Assembly (NCBI GenBank): GCA_002633005.1
Contig: NMRA01000439.1
Coordinates: forward strand, 248,001 to 312,000
Reading direction: 5' to 3'
Source: Phoronis australis
Lineage: Eukaryota; Animalia; Phoronida
Length of the DNA: 64,000 bases
Shown: positions 54,501 to 60,500 of the stretch, piece after piece
How the letters are laid out: each line of letters begins with the position of its first letter
Position numbering within the stretch: position 1 is the stretch's first letter
Notes under the pieces: generated by a model
The model's input: the letters and a program-made list of their open reading frames with translations, nothing else
Told to the model about the DNA's origin: nothing
Databases searched by the model: none
Translations under genes and position numbers: made by a program

Positions 54501-57500
54501 TAGGTGTGGCAATGGGGATGAGCTGTGAATGTATCTCCATTTCACAGACGAAAGGCTTCTTTACAAAACAGTAGTCAGTGATCCACTGGCCTTTTTTGTT
54601 GTCTACGGGAAAGGTGAATATGATGGAACAAAGGTAGGACATCAGGCGAAGGACAACATTATTAAGCCAAGTGAATAATGTGATGTAATAAATGTGTAAA
54701 CTAAATCCCTTGGAAATAAGATTTGATCTAAATATTTTCACATTTAGGAGTGAGAAAAGACTTTAATTTTTGTTTCTTGGAAAATTGCAACCTTTCCAGA
54801 TTTTCAAATCTCCTTTAGAGTATTTCAGTTAAACTGCAATATTTGGTTATAATTGAGACAAAATTTTTTAATCAAATTTTCAACTTTGTTGTGTGCTTAA
54901 GGTAACCTTAGTTTTGACTTAGTGCACGCAAATACATCTGGTACAAAGGTGAAAGCAAACATTTTTGACGTCACATTCACAAAAATATAAATCCTTAAAT
55001 ATATCTTGAAGAGAAAAACACGTTTCAAGAAATAACTACAATTTCCCTGGCACTTAGCAGCACCTTGGTATATCCGCATTCACATTTATCAAACACAATG
55101 ACTGAGTGACACAGAATGGATTCAACAGCCAATCAATCAATTTACACCAAAAACTTTTATTAGTTTTGTCCTTACGTTTGAGATAGTCAAGACTAATAAA
55201 AGAGACAACTACTTACTGGAAAGGTAAACAGCACAGTCCATGCGGCCAGTATTCTTTGGATACCCGTTATCCCAGAACTGCACGGATGGAGGGTTGTCGT
55301 TCCACAGAGCAAAAGTCCCATCTTTGGCTTTATCTGGAAGAAAAACCACCAGGTGGCAGTGACATCCTTCAAATCACTTGGTGAATGGCGCTGTAAGCCC
55401 ACCTTCAGTCAAAAAAGATATTTTGTTTTTTAATTTACACTGCTTACCCTGAATGTAAAGCATCACAATATACCACAATTGCATTGGCTACGATATGCTT
55501 CTAGGGGTGTTTTCAACAAAAAGAATTCTTCAATTAGGGACAAAAATGATTGCTAAATTTGCCATATTCCTACATTTTCTGAGACTAACCACATTGTTGT
55601 AAACTAATGCTCGAGATTTTACCAACTGCTTTTGGTAATAGGTACACCATTTAAACTCTGCTGAAAATAAAAGTAATTTTCCTGAAAAGTTTTTCTTGTT
55701 GAGAAAGTTGACAAAATGAAATTTCACTGGCTTGTATGCCATATTGTGCCCAAACTGAGCAGTTTTTACTATAGTATCTCGTAAAACATAAAAAGGCCAC
55801 TATGGGGCATAGCATAAACCAAATCTGTCTGAAACAAAGCAAGTACTGTCTCCATGATGGAAACTTTTTTGTAAAATTTTGCGAACATCCATTGAGGAAT
55901 CAGGTAGACATAGAAGCCATACACAGAGCAATATAGATGCTTGACGGATGCCAGACGGACCGTACCCAGGACAGGCACCACACCGACTGAGATAGCAGAA
56001 CCATGTTATTGTTTGTGAATCATGTGGTCTTAGACAGTCTGTTGGAGGACTTAGATACAAGGTTCAGTACAAATTTTTATCAACTAATATCTGTTTCAGT
56101 GAGGCTTTTGTTTTCACTTCAATTACAAAGCATAGCAAGTCATTGCATAACAAGACAGTCTAGCATAAGTATAGCGCTATGGCTATAAAACGAACTTAAG
56201 ATTCTTTATGTAATGAGAAAGAATGATTGCACAATTATGAACAGAATAAAGACTAAGGCTTACCTGAAATTCCGATCCAGATCTGGCGTACACCAGCCTT
56301 TGTTAGCTTTGGGGCCAACGTTTTGGCAACATACGTCTTTTCAGCAATCCTAAGTAAAAGCAACTCACCATTTTAGCAAAAACGCAGAAGAGTTTACTGT
56401 GAGAAATAATAGCCATTTCTAGTGACACTTATGCATCTGTAAACAATTAATAAAAATGTTACTGACAGAATATTCTGTCTGTCGCACTGAAGAAGATAAT
56501 TTCCTACATTTTAATTGATAAGATTTTACTACGAAACTATTATCCCTACTTACGTATCCATGACGATGAGCCCAGCACCAATACTTTGACAGTAGTTCAC
56601 AGCATCAACCCACGTCTTCTTGTTTCTGCCAGTCCTGACGGAGTAACACCTGCCAAACCACTCTCGCCACCCCCGGGGACATTTACCTGTAAGAACACAA
56701 TGACTGCAGTCTCCTGCTGACCCCAGTTGTATTAGAAGTAATGTGGAAATTAACTGGAATTTCATTTTCAAATTAATCACTTTTTTCATGGAAGCTAAAA
56801 TAGGATCACATTGATGCTCTTGAATAAGCAAATTCTGTACCACGGCCAGTGCTGGCTTGTTGATTAAACTGAATAAGCCATGGCTTAGGTGCTAGGTGCC
56901 CTAAGTTGGAACATGGCCCATATCTGCAGCGCCCCCTGGTGAAATAGTAACAGCTTTGTGGCCCCAAGAAACCTTAGTCCGACACTGACTGTACCTTAAC
57001 CATTACACAAAACTTGAAGCATTAGGGAAATTCCCAACATTGTTAGAAGGCCGAAACAAATAAAAGAGCTCCAAATTTAGCAATTAGTTTCTTCCAAAAT
57101 AGGCAAAATTTTACTACAAAACATTCACCATAAAAAACATTCAGATGCTCAACACTGACAGAAGGCGGAAACAGTGCAGTTTTAAAAGACATTTACACAG
57201 TGTTAACGGGTCTTCTCCATTACCCTACCTTGAGGGCGCTCACAGATGAACTTATGTTCTCGCTGACACGACTCCGTCCTCCACTTGTAGTTATTGCTAG
57301 ACATGACAAGAACACAGTTGTCACCGGCCTTTGAGCTGTAAGACAAGAACAATCCACCATATTTCCACAAAGCTGCTATCACAGTTCGTTATGTTCAACA
57401 AAATCATGTAATAGATTGGTCAGAAAATCACCTTAGTCAATAGAGAATCCAATAATTATGCAAGAAGGATCAGGGAGGCGGTCTGGATTTCAAAACAGCA

Positions 57501-60500
57501 CAATCCCTGATGGACAGAGACAATGGCGGTGCATAATCCTGTATTACCGCCAGCGACACCTGGTGGCAAACATCACACTGATGAAGGCTTCAGCCATAAC
57601 AGATGAGAATCCGAAAATTTCTGGAATTTTTTTCAATTTATCCGAGGATGCAGAGCATGAAAATAACGCTTTTGCTCAATCCACATGTGACGACATTATA
57701 ACATATCATAAAATTTTCCAATATACACACCGTTGTAAAAATCAAAAACTTTTGATTAACACACAGTACTGAGAAGTAAAGCAATCTCTTCATACAAAGT
57801 GGAACATTTAAAATTTAAAAACACTTCCCAGCATTGTTTCGAAGAACTGTGTTTATAAAGCACAGTATCTGAAAGTTTCATAGTGAAAAATTGGATCAGC
57901 CGTTTCTGAGACATGATGATCAGACTGAAGTTAGACACATTTGGTCAATTTTCTAGCGTCCTGCAAAACTTAACATTTCTTAACATTAATTGAATGGAGT
58001 TCATAGACGTCATCGTTATTTTAGTTAATGAACCTTTTCATATTTTTTTTACCTTGAAGTAGGTCATTTTGATCTGCCAATAAATCGCTCAATATAACTT
58101 TTAAATGGCAACTAAGGCCGATACATATAGCCAAACACTGAGCACAAATATCGAGCTCCTATTAATGACCACGAGCTGTAACAATGACCATACTTATAAA
58201 CACAATCGCTCAATATATCTTTAAATCTCAAAACCTGAGGCATACCTTGCATTGGGCATACCCGTATCCCACTCAGCAATGGCAGAGACGACGGCCGTGT
58301 TGTCCAGCCACCTGTATGATCCACTCTGAGGAAATGAATAGACACTGCTATGGTACAGCTCTTAGATACTTTGTCGAATGTGTAATGCTGGTACATCTGG
58401 AGGACAACAGGGGGCTCTGCATACAGATGATGTATGGTGCACTTCTATTGAACGTCTCGCAGACCCTTGCCCTCCTCCAGATGTCCAGACACTGCCTCGT
58501 TGGTGCCCGACCCACAAAATTTTCATACAATTTAGGGTACGCAACAAGCCAAGTGCAAGTATCACGATCTTGCCAAATTTGTTAAACAAAGTTTGCAAAT
58601 CATTGCCTTCCAGGTTTCTCATGCCCCTCAGTATTAAATAAATTGTCTACTGATGCCAAGACATTACATGGAGTGGATGGTTTTTAAAGCAAAGGTTATT
58701 TGCATATTTAAGTGCACGGCTTAATGATAAATGGCAGTTATGAACACAAGTTCAGTTGCTATATTGAAAAACTGAGAAGAGTTAAGACATTTATAGAAAA
58801 AATGGCCGTAGTTGTCACATCACCTGATCAGATATCCCAATCCAGACATTGTTGTTGGAAGCGGCACTGGGGCAGCTAATCGTATCGGTGACGAATCGCT
58901 TCTCGTTGACGTCCTGAATGATTATAAGGTTGCCATCATTTTCCTGACAGGTCTGTTGAGACTCTTGCCATGTCCGAGATGATTCAAACAGTTTGTAACA
59001 TCTTGTACCAAGTGGATGCCAGCCATCCGCTAGATTACACTTGTCGGCAATATCTGTAAGCACAGGAATAAATTTTAAAGATGGTGTATGCTAGGATAGT
59101 GGACATGGCGTACAGAACAGGGTGTTTTCAGTTAAGACTTCATACTCGCTCATCCTGATTTTTGAAGCTTTGTCCCATGTCGTGCCCCAAGCAGCACCAT
59201 CTTTTGGGCGTTATGATAGAGGAATGGATTGAAAACTTGTCAGCGCTAATTAGTTTGAAGTTTATGACTTCGTTTTGACCCAAATAGCACTTCACGGGTC
59301 CTTAAGGTTACACAGGATCCAAGAAAAATGGCCAAATTTGGCTAATTTCAAAACATCATATCTCAGAAATGGCTCATTAAAGTCATATGAAACTTTCGGA
59401 TAACATACACGATGCACTGTTCTCTAAAATGTTGCTAGGAATTGTTTTTCAATTTTTCCACTTTTGCATGAGGGGCTATCAAAAGGACGTCCGTAATTTT
59501 CATGACATAACTCAAAAGTTGCACAAAACAAACTTAAGACGAAACGATAATTTAGAAAACTGAGAAAGCATTTTTGAGATTTCGTCTTGAACATTTATAT
59601 CCAACAAAATTTTGTCATGCTGTTGATACTGTTTTTTTGAAGTGGATGTACTAAAAAGTCACGTGACCCAATTAAGAACACATTGGTATGAAGTCACAAA
59701 TAAAATTCTACGTGCTTTCTACCTTCAAAAATTAAAAACCTATAGGTTTGTAGATATTTGGCTACGTACACAAACACGAAAATTAAGCAAGTTCAACGTG
59801 AAGAGAAAATACTGTAAATAACATACTCACTTAACGAGCGTTTGCAGATATAATAGGCGGTGTACGTGCAGCTAGCATCATTGAGCTGACCATTGTGCCA
59901 GAAATGAACGCAATGCTCCCTCTTCTGGTAATTATCTGGCTGGCCCTGAGCCCACGGTCTGAAAGTTCATCATGTCATAGTGAGCTTAAACAAAAGCCAC
60001 ATCCCAAAATACCACAGCGCTTGTGGCATTTACCCACAATGCTTATCACAATTTTACATCAGAATTTAGTCTTTCTAATGCCAATTAACTTATACCTTTA
60101 CATAGTGAATTCCAACTTTATTATCAACGCTAAGTGGTCATGTGGACACTATACATCAGGGGTTGGAATGACCAATGACAAAAAAAAGAGGAAAATTTTC
60201 CAGGTTATGCATCGTTCCACAAACAGGCTTGTGTGCTAGAAAAATTTTCTTGTGTTGTAAACTTTAATTGAAATAAACATTTTTGCATGAATAGTCAAAA
60301 TAATGATAAACAGAGACGAAGAAAGAAGAAATTGGAAATTAAATAAGAGGAAATCAAAACCAAAAAAGAGGAAATCCTCTTAAAAGAAGAAAATTCCAAG
60401 CCCTGATATATCATTTATTCCATTATTACATTTCTCTTCATTGCACTCATTCAAATAACACAAATGCACGCAAAACTTGTCAATCACGCACATCATAATA

